The notes beneath the pieces were generated by a model, which worked only from the letters and a program-made list of their open reading frames with translations, ran no database searches and was not told the DNA's origin. A DNA stretch of 64,000 bases, from the NCBI GenBank assembly GCA_041661345.1, contig JBAZUO010000001.1, positions 11,298 to 75,297 on the forward strand, read 5' to 3'. Origin of the DNA: Candidatus Omnitrophota bacterium. Its GTDB lineage: Bacteria; Omnitrophota; Gorgyraeia; 2-01-FULL-45-10. This document shows positions 22,301 through 28,033 of this stretch, one piece after another. Both the position numbers and the translations under genes were made by a program. Numbering within the stretch: the first letter of the stretch is position 1; the number at the start of each line of letters is the position of its first letter.

Positions 22301-25300
22301 TCCTTCGCAATTTGCGCAAATATTCTCTCCAGTTTTCCCATGTCCGTATACGTTCCGAATTTACCACTCCTCATCATTTCATAATTACTAGGAAACAAGT
22401 TTTCACGAAAATATCGTGATTCCTCCCGGTTAAAGTAAGGCTCTATCGCAACGGTAAAAAGATATTCATAGAGAAGCGGTTTATCGGATTCTACACGATC
22501 CAACACCTCTCTTGACAGAAGTGCAGTCTGGGGTAGAGATTTGTCTAAAAGTTTTTGCATAGCCGCGGAGAAACGATCAGTTTCCGCATTACTCGAACGC
22601 GTCAAAGTGTTAAAACCCAATATCCATGTTCGCGGCTTCCATATTCTTACCGGTTCGTTCAGGACAACAGCATCAAATTCTTTTACATTGAATTCAGCCC
22701 TGGAAAATTTATCAAGCGCCTCCAATAGCCCCTTTATTTCTTTTTTGAGAAGCGGATTCTTCAAATGAGCAATTCTGTTCCAAATAAAAGAGACGAAATC
22801 ATATCTGCCCCTCAATTCCAGATACTCTCTTTTGGCCGGGCTTAACACCTGTCTTTTGATTTTATCAGATACATTTTTTGCATCACTATAAACTGCCAAC
22901 GGCCTTTTCTCGTACACGCCGTCTTCCGGCATCATCTCCTTTTCAAGCGATGTAATACTGTAATTATAATCTATCTCTCTAAGCTCCAGGTTCTCAAATC
23001 CATTGTATCTTTTCAGAAATGTATTCGCATACTCCTCGGCTTCATCTATTTTTTTTAATTCCTGCCTTGAGATAGCCGCCTGCCTGTGCGAGGTGATAGC
23101 GCGTTCAATCGTATTTTTTAAAGGAAATCTTTCAATAATTTCTCTTGCGGTATCTATTTCCGGCCTCGTCATCCGCCTGGCAAAACCCATACCCGTCAGA
23201 TATTTTTCAAGCTCGCCTTTTTTTGAATCTCCGCCATTCTCAGTTCCCATGAAGTCATCCCAAAACTTATATCGCAATGACGCGGCAACAAGATTCCTGT
23301 AGCAGTAATACGGCAGAAAACCTCCTTTATCGGTAAGCTGAACGCCTTCCGTTGCGAGCTTCATGCTTAGATAAGCCTTCCGAGCCCATGGCCGCACCCC
23401 CATCCCCTCGTATATGTCCAGAAGTTTTCCGCTTTTTGCGAGTGCTTCTCCAAAATGAATTTTATCGCCGCTCTTCCTGCCCTGCCTAAGAAGCAGGTCT
23501 ATCTCTTTTTCGAGATCTATCGCGAGCCACAGCATTTGCCCGTATCGCGCAAGAGTATCTCTCTCCATAAAATGCTCCAGGCTCTTCCTGAAATCCTCCA
23601 CATTGATCAATCCGCTATTCTCTCCGCCCTCTTTCCTGGTTTTGAAAAAGTTTCTGGTTAAGTCGTTCCTTATAACCCGGGTCTCTTCTTCCGATTTAGA
23701 TTCACTGTCTATAAACCTCTGGCCGTAAATAAGAGCAGCAGCTATCTCCGGCTCGCTTGCTTCCTCGATAAAACGGGAGGAGAAGAATATGACAGACCTA
23801 TTCCTTCCGACATGCATAAAGCGCACGATATTGTAATCCGGCTCGGAGAAGAGAAGCGGCGTCTCTTTGTCGAGCTCTACGATAGTCGTATATTCCGAAT
23901 TTACAAGCATATCTTTCAGGTATCCATAACCTATCTTTGATGCCTGCGATTCCCATATCCGCCTGGCCCTGCGCACCTTATCGGCATGAGGGGTATTTTT
24001 TCTGTCTTCGGGCTGAGTTTCGGCATATTGCGGCATTATTCCATTACGGTATATCTGCTTTTCCTTATCTTCGCTTTCCATAAGAATCCCTTTAATGGAA
24101 TAATGAACAGCGCTATCTCCCCTGGTATGCTCGGAGATACCCATGCCGGTAAAGACTATATCTTCGGAGGGCTTTGTAATTTTGAATTTTTCCGCCATCA
24201 AATGTTTTAAATAGCCATTTTCCTCAGACGGATTGTTCCTATTCGCCGTCAAATAAAACAATAACAGGCCATAAAAATTTATGCTGGCATGCAGAGTCAA
24301 TTTACCGTTTTTTATAACGTTAAAGGATTGGACGATAAGGTCTTCTTTTTCGACCATCTTGCTTCTGAGCTCACCTGCGCCATGACGTCTCAGTATTTTT
24401 TCACAGTAATCGGTAAATTCACCCGTATCGTCGAAATCTTCTTTCAATCTCAGAAGAAAAATCCTATACAACGGATCAAAAAATGTATCTGTATACTCTT
24501 TCGGATTGGATAGGATATCATACAGTGAGATCGTATTATCGTTCTTGTAAATCCTTATAAGCTGCAGAAGCCTGTCGGTCAATTCCGTAAGTTGAGCCGA
24601 ATTTCTTATAGCTTCTATGTTCAATCCGTATACATTATCCCTGTAAAGCCTTTCGCGAATCAGCTTACGCGCAAGACAGATAAAGCCGTATAATAAGAGC
24701 ATAGTTGCGCTGCTTATTACAAGAGCCGTGCGCAAACTGTCAGGTGACCATGCCCGCAGATTAGATTCGGCCAACGTCACTACAAGCGTTCCCAGGCTCA
24801 ATGCGGCGGCCGACACGATTGTCCACCATGCGTATCTATAATATTTATCCAGGCGCGCAAGGTCCTTCTTCATATCAGCCATATTAGCCGCCGGCTTAAG
24901 AACGGATTCTACTGCTTTACTTGGATCGGCCTGTCCGTTACTATCAGGTATTAGTATGCGCTGTCTCCATAAACCAGGGAATATCTCCTCGGCCGTTACT
25001 GTAGCTAACCTGCTATAGGGCTGAGCGGATACCTTTGTCGGATCGAAATAACGCAGAAGCCCCCAGCCGGGAACACGGATACGAACCGCCCCTATTTCAT
25101 CATTTGCGCATCTCTCATCGCTGTAAAAAATATGGTTATCCTGTATCCACCCTATGATATCTTCGCGATTTAATATACTTTTTATTGTGGGTATCGATGG
25201 ATGAGAAATAAAATCTTTTTGAGATTCTATCAGACGCTCGATGAATACACCCTCAGCCGTTTCTTTCTTACCTTTCTGATGGAATAGCGTATCGGGAGCC

Positions 25301-25434
25301 AGCTTATCGCTTGAAGATCGCACAATAAATGAATCCGGGTGCGACCAGGCGATATCCTGGGCAAGGAAAGTTACAATTAGGACAATAGATATTATCCTAG
25401 TTACAAGAGGAAATTTTTTGTAGCGGTTATTCAT
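4393..25434 (-). CDS. giant 7,013-aa multi-domain protein with several hydrophobic (putative TM) segments; contains GH13, GH77, GH13, Fic/Doc-like and other enzyme-like modules
   Basis: The ORF track shows 21,042 nt with no in-frame stop. The N-terminus has a hydrophobic anchor, FPLVTRIISIVLIVTFLAQDIAW. Module motifs are detailed in the findings. Confidence 0.85.
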   Translation of the reverse strand: MNNRYKKFPLVTRIISIVLIVTFLAQDIAWSHPDSFIVRSSSDKLAPDTLFHQKGKKETAEGVFIERLIESQKDFISHPSIPTIKSILNREDIIGWIQDNHIFYSDERCANDEIGAVRIRVPGWGLLRYFDPTKVSAQPYSRLATVTAEEIFPGLWRQRILIPDSNGQADPSKAVESVLKPAANMADMKKDLARLDKYYRYAWWTIVSAAALSLGTLVVTLAESNLRAWSPDSLRTALVISSATMLLLYGFICLARKLIRERLYRDNVYGLNIEAIRNSAQLTELTDRLLQLIRIYKNDNTISLYDILSNPKEYTDTFFDPLYRIFLLRLKEDFDDTGEFTDYCEKILRRHGAGELRSKMVEKEDLIVQSFNVIKNGKLTLHASINFYGLLLFYLTANRNNPSEENGYLKHLMAEKFKITKPSEDIVFTGMGISEHTRGDSAVHYSIKGILMESEDKEKQIYRNGIMPQYAETQPEDRKNTPHADKVRRARRIWESQASKIGYGYLKDMLVNSEYTTIVELDKETPLLFSEPDYNIVRFMHVGRNRSVIFFSSRFIEEASEPEIAAALIYGQRFIDSESKSEEETRVIRNDLTRNFFKTRKEGGENSGLINVEDFRKSLEHFMERDTLARYGQMLWLAIDLEKEIDLLLRQGRKSGDKIHFGEALAKSGKLLDIYEGMGVRPWARKAYLSMKLATEGVQLTDKGGFLPYYCYRNLVAASLRYKFWDDFMGTENGGDSKKGELEKYLTGMGFARRMTRPEIDTAREIIERFPLKNTIERAITSHRQAAISRQELKKIDEAEEYANTFLKRYNGFENLELREIDYNYSITSLEKEMMPEDGVYEKRPLAVYSDAKNVSDKIKRQVLSPAKREYLELRGRYDFVSFIWNRIAHLKNPLLKKEIKGLLEALDKFSRAEFNVKEFDAVVLNEPVRIWKPRTWILGFNTLTRSSNAETDRFSAAMQKLLDKSLPQTALLSREVLDRVESDKPLLYEYLFTVAIEPYFNREESRYFRENLFPSNYEMMRSGKFGTYTDMGKLERIFAQIAKDKALEPFRKAAESLKRFFKSEYAGACVLSAVIIGVVAAAVLSGHPYIFIMPALLASVFLGKLFKRRSASKAEKGDEIIYEINMRATGKHFSQITDEDLMRYRDESGANILWFMGVWRTSPYSKEVNDYWRNKNQEPMERAASSYAITDYEIAKDLGGEKEYRDLVRRANKLGIAVMIDVVPNHMAVDSQLFKECPEYFMSLSSNLSEDEAKLWIEGNRTRLKLKPENTPNPVFQAGTCGKEDSTIPEPTSQNVFYYGRDVRYNDGKGLPWIDDVQFNYTQKAMRDYMRSVLFKAAELTNGGGIRLDMVFLTTKNYIRWNWFSHLSEEEFNKIYPGEDFWKVTIKDLKKKYPNIVILGEMYGSHGHSNLAADLGFDYYYEDYFLKCMVNRDVQGIKRFLRDYVSASGKKNFIKYLENHDSEDRIINLLKHSIGEKDSMPASLAAATLLYTLPGSSLVYEGQEKGHSDWIAKANLIRGPPQQDNQQVIDQYKTLGGVIHNKQYHDIFRFGSCKVLDIGNPDTVIAFEREYNGKKAIIIVNYCNNFTGNIKVPVEGREEEINLPPWSTKIYLPSSTPSIFSLENFSITYFIKSFIILAAIAVLLVKLLLSGHFTWSDFCAIISASVVGLPYLANVLSQSNKAAPVKYWWTEKKRRGLLCPLFSMRREGDDGVGDLASLDKFVDYLAHEDYDMAFLLPTNQTSSSEPSPYNSISLFANNAIMNLPLDEMIDKKQREAYIESFVATQSDFIKSYLKLHYIDPGADISPSLIREMAAQGVIVVRDEKILKNKIEAYVKLKLSDAKSSQRVDYQLLYAFKEYVLSREFEKFCSKCSADPKNEEFKQFESYVNNYEFREEIANYALFHTLLDHHKGKYWREWEEQYRDPGNPNNKEDIERFKKEHSKEIEFYKYAQWLYYKRALKTKKHADELNKFLIGDLPIYPSKNSADVWANQELFDLEKNAGAPADQFNDDGQNWGLPAYRWGEKRQEVLNYWKRRITYAAQFYHGVRIDHLLGLCSEWLVEEGKKALEGKFYPALPADMEKAGRETITELASAALASNLLIIGEDLGERPENVRNMLDELSLKLPNLYLYNVIGWRDSGIATRPHMLAVSETHDTEPTFAGRYENFSDRERRRTAEFANAYGVSIGEKESPQFAEDRMYTVMDEADFSCRSIQGKLKVSPRISRINEPGKVHDKNWNWRMPVTFEALLAKKDEVVPGNVEIPAELLQQAELMPADKLWQTCEQKLPEETRSYRESLSRQERGSVLVSVNARLFQSFDDIVKELEALSGMGIKHVYLLGAYRESEVSRKQSQGEQDDNVHNFYYDRDEEGRVISVVRNGSHDTTDFIASAFSIPDNFLLNPKLGGWEGFRRLLQRAKELKIGISLDLVAHSTAIDCKWLKDESLQEGDDYWYVHKDISYEDNEKLFALSAMRNLPDKDNAGAWNSAHVELVELFDRILLANPGYFLHCSTKLNRWILVAHGTESAMRNRGEYWRDMALLDVTNPNVRRALIDTAVQFAREGVEGFRCDCAMNTVKDGGGGFLDMWWHHPNLAGPRDINWYWPRELWDEMIQAVRTINPKALFIAEAYWLFDALERCGFDYISQTHVFNLLNKGRIEQLKEYLMNEYIGEQFKRAYSIISHDDEPSAIKRYGDLPKEVSRILQNQFLAIAAMPGMPIVLIEQIKGYFARATAKWYQLSLVDRPRPQIQELFRKIISIAQDPLLRQGQLFVFNTSHPGLLSFARYDRDNATNKVRSAVVVGNYADWDISSQIPIGEAAGQLGISAVPSQYFAFTDRLTGEVYLRSGRELRDNGLYIMLPANSYHLFMVQELDLPDGRYKSLADMHTRYKGNGLSFQDIFTLMRDNGLKFDFPCTAGNAGKAVALKILADNLPASEIGSVLESANAHTGRISFAEGADTGAEIDALKKQYPDDEKMQRFCRVLEAAKKFFDPTLRGKVIHFTVTDHESSSRQAGNDIYLELGANPIWEIGSLEGRETTSTIMWVVDRAYTSQLPALFQGEGFKEGVQAISVLTDLYNIFDKDVHGLIVAESEGPYPFLSMGKELEYFCMYGERDKAAGILKRRLREDNFIDRLGAIDRAVSFKDEAIEAELSAFVESPENRINRLYLQRIIVPKLAKNGTPACRARIRDFIAGELRKDDNQITARMAIEGAACFPDAELVELLLTKAAPYTKDVTTALLNAAQSSNDMYSYLCKGLENRDFYQQAAIIGALSYLVEYKTVRVSQQKEFLDALNRTFANVKSYLLLFHIRHAASRLKNEELVMSAYRRILGKADMPLIAGHTAEDKFFDGAVTRAIMLMPDIWRSAVIRKSGLTDMPDEAFIKFLDTAKVFADKIKDETVQKSVTNVRVNALLQRYSNLTKRFPDSKEEIYKAEDKFMELLSSGEGYSYLFEAMTILGNNYEASDEITVSKRKRAEFLLKFLPFKAPSWRWSSDDYNALISMRAVRLLYSLGAFREDAARDRAKPEESVTSAIDGFNLNQTIRFSDGRKDVPMARIILDELKQLFFLGLTLTPDLRSAILRMGRGYYGRQYEGEILEFIRETEETQKAESDRKKGVGAAFEGDAAFSVDRTSLSSLIAGQGLKPDASQDEIDRAILEAVNDPKGNDRLLQILGFTATQRQSMAQALIPESSKGRMVLFEKGRNFAQIKYLVRVPGIKEGAIANARDKIRLSIACQDRYKQGFGKFVALAYSVGKNDNEDFIHRKIDDIFLDYSPLLRDKEFLEAMSKYFEHDPAILLSLTHIVWMEIRAGPAEDIVPFIDVLTKLSKVRKGLAMPYIPKYKLEAIKYLGILSGNNSDLVPVNMIVPNLLIALASYPQKDEFYTTAYETLVSIARSSSLNPFFAFARSEDPSLAKLAAQAVAEARPGSSASENILTVKKNPDQAAKPGTGVGLSAASLRDMSSSRVWHSKRVRSQIDIEAVGRNLHEIQRDISYINQQLDPDQEFGETDFVPSLVTQYCAAVRSFNDFILNGPMTAERMEEKYQTFHATLGSSGVIKNAGSYGAEMGDNISDTRRVFKYMFSDKFSAEIEQDPIKAASHVFVRLVNLQPFNDGNKRAASFVLNYILMKSGYGPFILTPDNIVDYRRIVRPAGERNKIKVKDFEVFLRDQVEKNNDSPKDAISAAVPITISLDQPFTFGAANIEQRQYEIEQQQSVIYPVIEVSINDKKYKVGNGYFVIIILANGKRIYWGGQHNLSYSFAFEHYGPSMQNIINNGGVVWRHLDAHGDFGSYMGKKMGSKKDIDWQEEVKFGYSNLTSGDYLGYLATTGVIDRLDTAHSLDALNPATRIPLKHVVIPEKEHDLAELAAMEISGGVADLDIDIIVGLNPGMKDSEARERFEAMKPYIISIAGRSEVSFLTNSSELNRDNAGVPLNIDPKQAALFNGKIIEELSAQAANAKKGAIPQGDTLRQPSAAELTAPSAVENLGTLSKSRSDVSPATLPGGTGLNLEMKTSLITPEEFAQYREMKSFVPTAADVSGQSQSNASQAILLREAPNAKKDAELITKVKTAVRSFDLRRCLSNACMVIYLLRSLGEKASLMGMFSKAEDQPFQYVAHTEKWGIIDVDPYDQEAPEYERTARVTETDYENGAAYLRNNGYLGRADKMMAEGYFAQIDSGTLSKSSSEMKASPITLASVPSAKRGDKKAPGSRREPRQHKDPVESKFPSVEEPPVSLNVPQTYGEINQQKTASAAEPPVKRPTPQVMIEPVHIYRDLAEFGGTWDDVASSFLSGSKKSMPASMLADSEKFRYRGMRLTVEDLNKIFHDGLLISDLTTDKNYYNFEQDPKKTAFWAFGMYKYGQPQENFVIVVLQCEKSKIPGYDDSDTTREDVPPEAISRIFVYNKLSGNFEDKTPSSAAANTVPEKAAILQGDTLSGAGKAESPAVQPPIAAKTAGMCISRELELNTQHHLFPYQLLESVVKKIMEFPGVLFKLEIKEGKKYRELPIISMLLLAEGDRLSAGTIVRLTVSASDHSDGRLCMDDIELFYDIANEILTSRDSVSRNKEAFDYRDQINQRLKEHFEEIRTRTLPVAESPAQAASPTSKTGPGLPAESSQLAPEWMPLMVTPVSDRSESDYPDFSAPDFVEMENEMLIKRADIHLDEFTRSKEVAVFGFSYEEFTKIVKLCPNASVYHLFNYSPFCVKISASEIWEHFPELRGRVKIYNVDAAEAGQYLQQGSVQLLMANGVMSSEFAGEEKDTTIFKVIQKITASTGLAVIRFFPDINSKEAPRIEKMIHACGTLICAMRDTGCPIYIFRNSKESPVAEPTTGTTGLILPKTFVNALGCFGLDPKLSYKELSYFQKFLIGWYAAFVERYDLSKMFSLVQFLKEHENIRWYHWMSRSMGIGAVWIAMTYSLIITMQLLASNFGIPPELGLLLAYSLRIHQIANIVTHGLYNTFILWAPLTMSKWDQLDEFRRDLKSVDNGVIGKLRKSTGNLGECRRTLMDLGIAFSSEVDGKFLIEEIKSLLETRVSTEVSQPVSNILRQWYEGKHLVSFIGVDPSFKYIVKTYPDQARRKIVIDKWLEEGWLVAQGKLNGLAVPTLVIAATKPGENEFKFFVEGIGTKKTDVAIIQKKVIPLKDIIMENIKTGRIDEAKGLIDRYKQLFIDIFRRGAVDVDYGDPLGNYGVDPETGHIYIFDFGELSSGVDTAYEFTDGIAYVNAYIEDTLRKEVSAAVADYYNGNPFTEKDFYNEKGTFLFGIDYNREKSDSYKVSFPYDEEEARELFYQYHDGGGDGGGRVRFTDESESGAPYRAKFYKTPINKLNGAISRKGYRDGPESATPAAAEQGEKLNPDVVPPSLGGMANIPYHIQEMLSTGPKQRREVVAAFKGNIQPAQVETEIEKLMTAGDVVEEAGVLRLAQAVAKPQAKVYAQILELIKERSCLEKTGLTNSEIEELEHIARSLIVEDRIRVVGYGGFLMKVENNVLWIDEEALSELDDLELKAWLLHELVHLLPDQRRRMDDAYDWYEKMFYQLKIATREYEERIKAAYSLDDRGKEYRRALRHLMYSKIKSEAKAYMVEILYLQSSIGNLSEYWKDRGMHTRKMDLKETYSFLLELLDSEGRIDEKKLHVKQVRLLRDYGDLSIFANFLFFEIKGYYDIGYYGGWKTEEEYEDELWRWVSTYNRAEENAAPAAAEASKPKTTGLIKFARAAYERDRFAYLKRHFGPEEESFSEHPSVSWCVSGASGDYITVEFYDANDLSDKDEVPGLVAKISLSQNSGSIELRPRLSIPESHPLRKARPLICEKLKSLASTLGMSFEHNADLTPIPAAAEQEINISPDVIKMRARAAETRRITRDEDRADIEQRFGKNVRYNAPPSEPPSKLENLISDACQRAERSISTRFFPDKNRLLRKSSKIAATAILSIHPDEKEAYVYSLMAKIDRLRNIPSEYWTDLDRIIWNIYIELNNFARRRGFIITSAMGMAGFLLHIPVNSIFTPAPINIGQFRSPMAETLYKLGRYDLAFAAEAKHRGYAQGIKKVLGDMSNGEEIANLAAKAMDASDTDNAVGSVRDLTPMMVPPFRKSVAENIAGQLEADPLSFRTDYDPFGLGMEKKIFDTAVNRLADEYSEDLIGQYSPHDKDPRKVLGFLISEIGSNIRFSGPNPLDHKYHLTDNIFNTAKVHNGLQEDALSLMQRMGCSGQADFIERFGQDEWNWMQQWVSQPPSPQSEPTTDASGAKENAAQAVNSRQSAPASTATVDKGSNEILGTEPTMPATETIAHPGAPLAQPFSEIPQVMPEPSVAPTISTIPAEALVKENDVSSTIDLIDKIFKDVNIRSGAAVLLSENLFIENGDRTELEQGIKIALKPVLDSGAIAILSPEEIRAQIKRNPSKDKLAVVLSKEDNDGSEIWKSDEERNYAKASVLIVGDKLTGENYLYLQGVIGLARAIMSGNRQAIAYYYKILSGSDIGDDILKLLDNAEWNNIAFALKAILRFKGLCRMDPEELKASRIRMETLLIAA

Positions 25435-25618
25435 TCTTTCTATCTATTCTTTTAACATGGACAAAATAAAAAACCAGATCGCCAAGCTTCAACTTCTAGG
25501 CTATCTGGTCTTTAATCAGGAATTTGCACAGATATTCCGACTGTGTAATGCTTTCCTAAAGACCCTTAACTCCCCCGAGTTAAATACGTCAGGGATCCTA
25601 GAAAATTATATTATGAAG

Positions 25619-25647
25619 ATTTTATCATATAAGATAAGAGTAGTCAA
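25619..25647 (-). promoter_or_regulatory. candidate promoter of the giant gene (TTGACT-17 nt-TAAAAT on the minus strand)
   Basis: -35 at 25642..25647 and -10 at 25619..25624. This leaves a leader of roughly 180 nt before ATG 25434. Confidence 0.4.
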
Positions 25648-25666
25648 GTTGCATACTCTGACTTTT

Positions 25667-26113
25667 TTATATCTTAATTCGGAATATAATCTGCAATATT
25701 AAATTCGCATAAATTGCCGCTACTATATCATCAAACATTACACCCATCGAACCGGTTAACTTTTCCATTCTTTTTGCCGGCCAGGGTTTTAATATGTCAC
25801 AGATTCTAAAAAGAAAGAACCCTAAGATAACAGAGAACATGCTGAAAGGAACGCAATAAAGCGCTAGTAGCATGCCGCATGCCTCATCGATCACTATCAT
25901 ACCCGCGTCTTTCCTCTTGTAAATCTTCTCGGCCTCTCCGGCAAATATGATGCCAAGTATAAAGAGAAACAGGATAGCGAATCCGTGAAGTATCTCGTTT
26001 CTCACAACGAGAAAATAGATTATGAGCCCTCCAATGGAACCCATAGTGCCGGGCATGAACGGCGAGTGGCCGAGATAAAAAAAACTGCTGATCAACTTAA
26101 CGTGTCTTCGCAT
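25667..26113 (-). CDS. pgpA: phosphatidylglycerophosphatase A
   Basis: 148 aa with LGHSPFMPGTMGS, IVIDEACG, FRICDILKPWP and MFDDIVAAIYA, all PgpA-like. Confidence 0.85.
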   Translation of the reverse strand: MRRHVKLISSFFYLGHSPFMPGTMGSIGGLIIYFLVVRNEILHGFAILFLFILGIIFAGEAEKIYKRKDAGMIVIDEACGMLLALYCVPFSMFSVILGFFLFRICDILKPWPAKRMEKLTGSMGVMFDDIVAAIYANLILQIIFRIKI

Positions 26114-26687
26114 TGGAATACACCTCCCTATTTTTTACAAGATAGGATATCCCGCTTGAGAGTGTAAATACCACCGTGATAAGCATCAGCGCATATATCG
26201 CATGCCTGTATGCTATTTCGACGGAGCCGATCCAGAATCCGAAAACGCCCGAGCCGCCTTCCCTAAATATAAGGAACAGGAGTATCAGAAATATTACAGA
26301 CACCTGCCAGACTGTTTTACGTTTTCCGAAACCATCCGCCTGAATGACTTTGCCTTTGGTAAGGGCCAGCATCCTCAACCCCGTTATGACTACCTCTCTG
26401 AAAACAACCGCTACCACCATCCAACCCTCGACGATACCAAGCTGGACGAAAGCCAGGAATGCCGACAGCACAAGCACCTTGTCCGCTATCGGGTCCATCA
26501 GCTTTCCGAAATCGGTTATCTGGTTATTCCTCTTGGCAAAAAATCCATCAAGAACATCTGTCAGGGAGGCGACCAGGAAAATAAACATGGCGGCGATCTT
26601 AGCCTGCATACCGCCTATGAATAGAAACAGAATGAATGCAAAGGTAAGAATTATTCTTAAAAGCGTAAGCGTATTTGGTAAGTTCAT
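26097..26687 (-). CDS. pgsA: CDP-diacylglycerol--glycerol-3-phosphate 3-phosphatidyltransferase
   Basis: 196 aa starting NLPNTLTLLRI, with the CDP-alcohol phosphotransferase motif DVLDGFFAKR...G...DPIADK. Confidence 0.9.
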   Translation of the reverse strand: MNLPNTLTLLRIILTFAFILFLFIGGMQAKIAAMFIFLVASLTDVLDGFFAKRNNQITDFGKLMDPIADKVLVLSAFLAFVQLGIVEGWMVVAVVFREVVITGLRMLALTKGKVIQADGFGKRKTVWQVSVIFLILLFLIFREGGSGVFGFWIGSVEIAYRHAIYALMLITVVFTLSSGISYLVKNREVYSNAKTR

Positions 26688-26691
26688 ATCT

Positions 26692-28026
26692 TTAAACCTT
26701 TTCGCCTATCAGATCGTATTCCACCGAATCCGTTATCATTACATCGTAAAACTCGCCTACCTTTATATTGCGGCCCGAAACATACACGACGCCGTCAATA
26801 TCAGGTGCGTCTCCCCGCGTCCGGCCTACAAATTTATTGCGCGCATCTTCACACTTCTCGTCGATCAGGACTTCAAGAGTCCGCCCGATCGATTTACGTA
26901 AAATCTTCTCCGATATCGACTGCTGCAGTTTCATTAGAATATCAAATCTTTCACTCTTGATCTTGCCCTCGACCTGACCTTTAAATTTTGCGGCCGGCGT
27001 ACCATCCTCCTTCGAGTATGTGAAAGCGCCCAGGCGTTCAAACTTCGCTTTACTTATGAATTTCAGAAGCTCATTGAAATCTTTATCACGTTCTCCTGGG
27101 AATCCCACTATGACCGACGTCCTCAAAACAACACCCGGTATACGCTCTCTTATCTTTTCTATCAGGATTTCTATATCTCTTCTATTTACCCCCCTATTCA
27201 TCTTCTTTAATATACCGTCGGATATATGCTGAATAGGAATATCGAGGTATTTACATATCTTCCCTTCCCTGTGTATCGTTGCTATCAGATCGTCCGTATA
27301 ATGCTTAGGATGCGTATATAAAACTCTTATCCATCTAGGACTATTATCGAGGTGGCTGATGCTCTCAAGAAGCTGGGCTAACTCGGGTTTGCCATATTGG
27401 TCATGGCCAAAGAACGTCGTATCCTGCCCTATTAAATTTATCTCTTTTAGAACGCCGGATCCCGAAAGCTCTCTAACTTCATTAACTATAGAAGTTATCG
27501 GCCTACTCCGGAATTGTCCCCGTAGCCGTGATATTATACAATAACTGCAGGCGTTAGAGCATCCCTCCGAGATCTTTACGTATGCATAGTGCCTCGGGGT
27601 GAGAACAAGCCTCGGATCGAGCTCATCATATATATACTTCAAAGAACGGCCAATCTGTGTCCGTGTCGGGCCGGTGCCGAGGCGTTTTATAAGCCCGGGC
27701 AGGTCTTTAAAATCACTCGTCCCCAATAGAAGGTCTACTTCATTAAGCTGTTTCGCCAATTTCTTTTTGTATAATTGCGGCAGGCACCCGCACACGACAA
27801 GATATTTTATCTTACCTTCCTTCTTCAGGCGGGCGGCCTCAATTATCTTATCGACCGATTCCTCTCTGGCCGATTCGATGAATGCGCAGGTATTGATCAC
27901 GCAAATATCAACGCCATCCTCGGCTTCACAGATCGTAAAACCGTTACTTTTTAAAGAACCTGCGATGATTTCCGAGTCGACAAGATTGCGGGGACAACCG
28001 AGGCTGTAGATCCCGGCCTTTAGCAT
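26692..28026 (-). CDS. rimO: ribosomal protein S12 methylthiotransferase RimO
   Basis: 444 aa. N-terminal SLGCPRNLVDSE, radical-SAM CSNACSYC and a C-terminal TRAM-like end. Confidence 0.85.
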   Translation of the reverse strand: MLKAGIYSLGCPRNLVDSEIIAGSLKSNGFTICEAEDGVDICVINTCAFIESAREESVDKIIEAARLKKEGKIKYLVVCGCLPQLYKKKLAKQLNEVDLLLGTSDFKDLPGLIKRLGTGPTRTQIGRSLKYIYDELDPRLVLTPRHYAYVKISEGCSNACSYCIISRLRGQFRSRPITSIVNEVRELSGSGVLKEINLIGQDTTFFGHDQYGKPELAQLLESISHLDNSPRWIRVLYTHPKHYTDDLIATIHREGKICKYLDIPIQHISDGILKKMNRGVNRRDIEILIEKIRERIPGVVLRTSVIVGFPGERDKDFNELLKFISKAKFERLGAFTYSKEDGTPAAKFKGQVEGKIKSERFDILMKLQQSISEKILRKSIGRTLEVLIDEKCEDARNKFVGRTRGDAPDIDGVVYVSGRNIKVGEFYDVMITDSVEYDLIGEKV

Positions 28027-28033
28027 AAAGCCT

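Noticed and set aside
4281-25582. Inverted 12-mer TAACTCGGGGGA at 4281..4292 and its complement at about 25570..25581, flanking the giant gene, as possible mobile-element ends
   Set aside because: It is a single 12-nt match. The surrounding sequences form different local hairpins and do not align further. There are no target duplications or integrase next to it. Chance or terminator-like GC-stem similarity is more likely.
25435-25666. Long leader of the giant gene as a riboswitch
   Set aside because: It contains only simple hairpins (for example CCAGAT...ATCTGG), with no conserved aptamer core that I recognise and no second copy for comparison.
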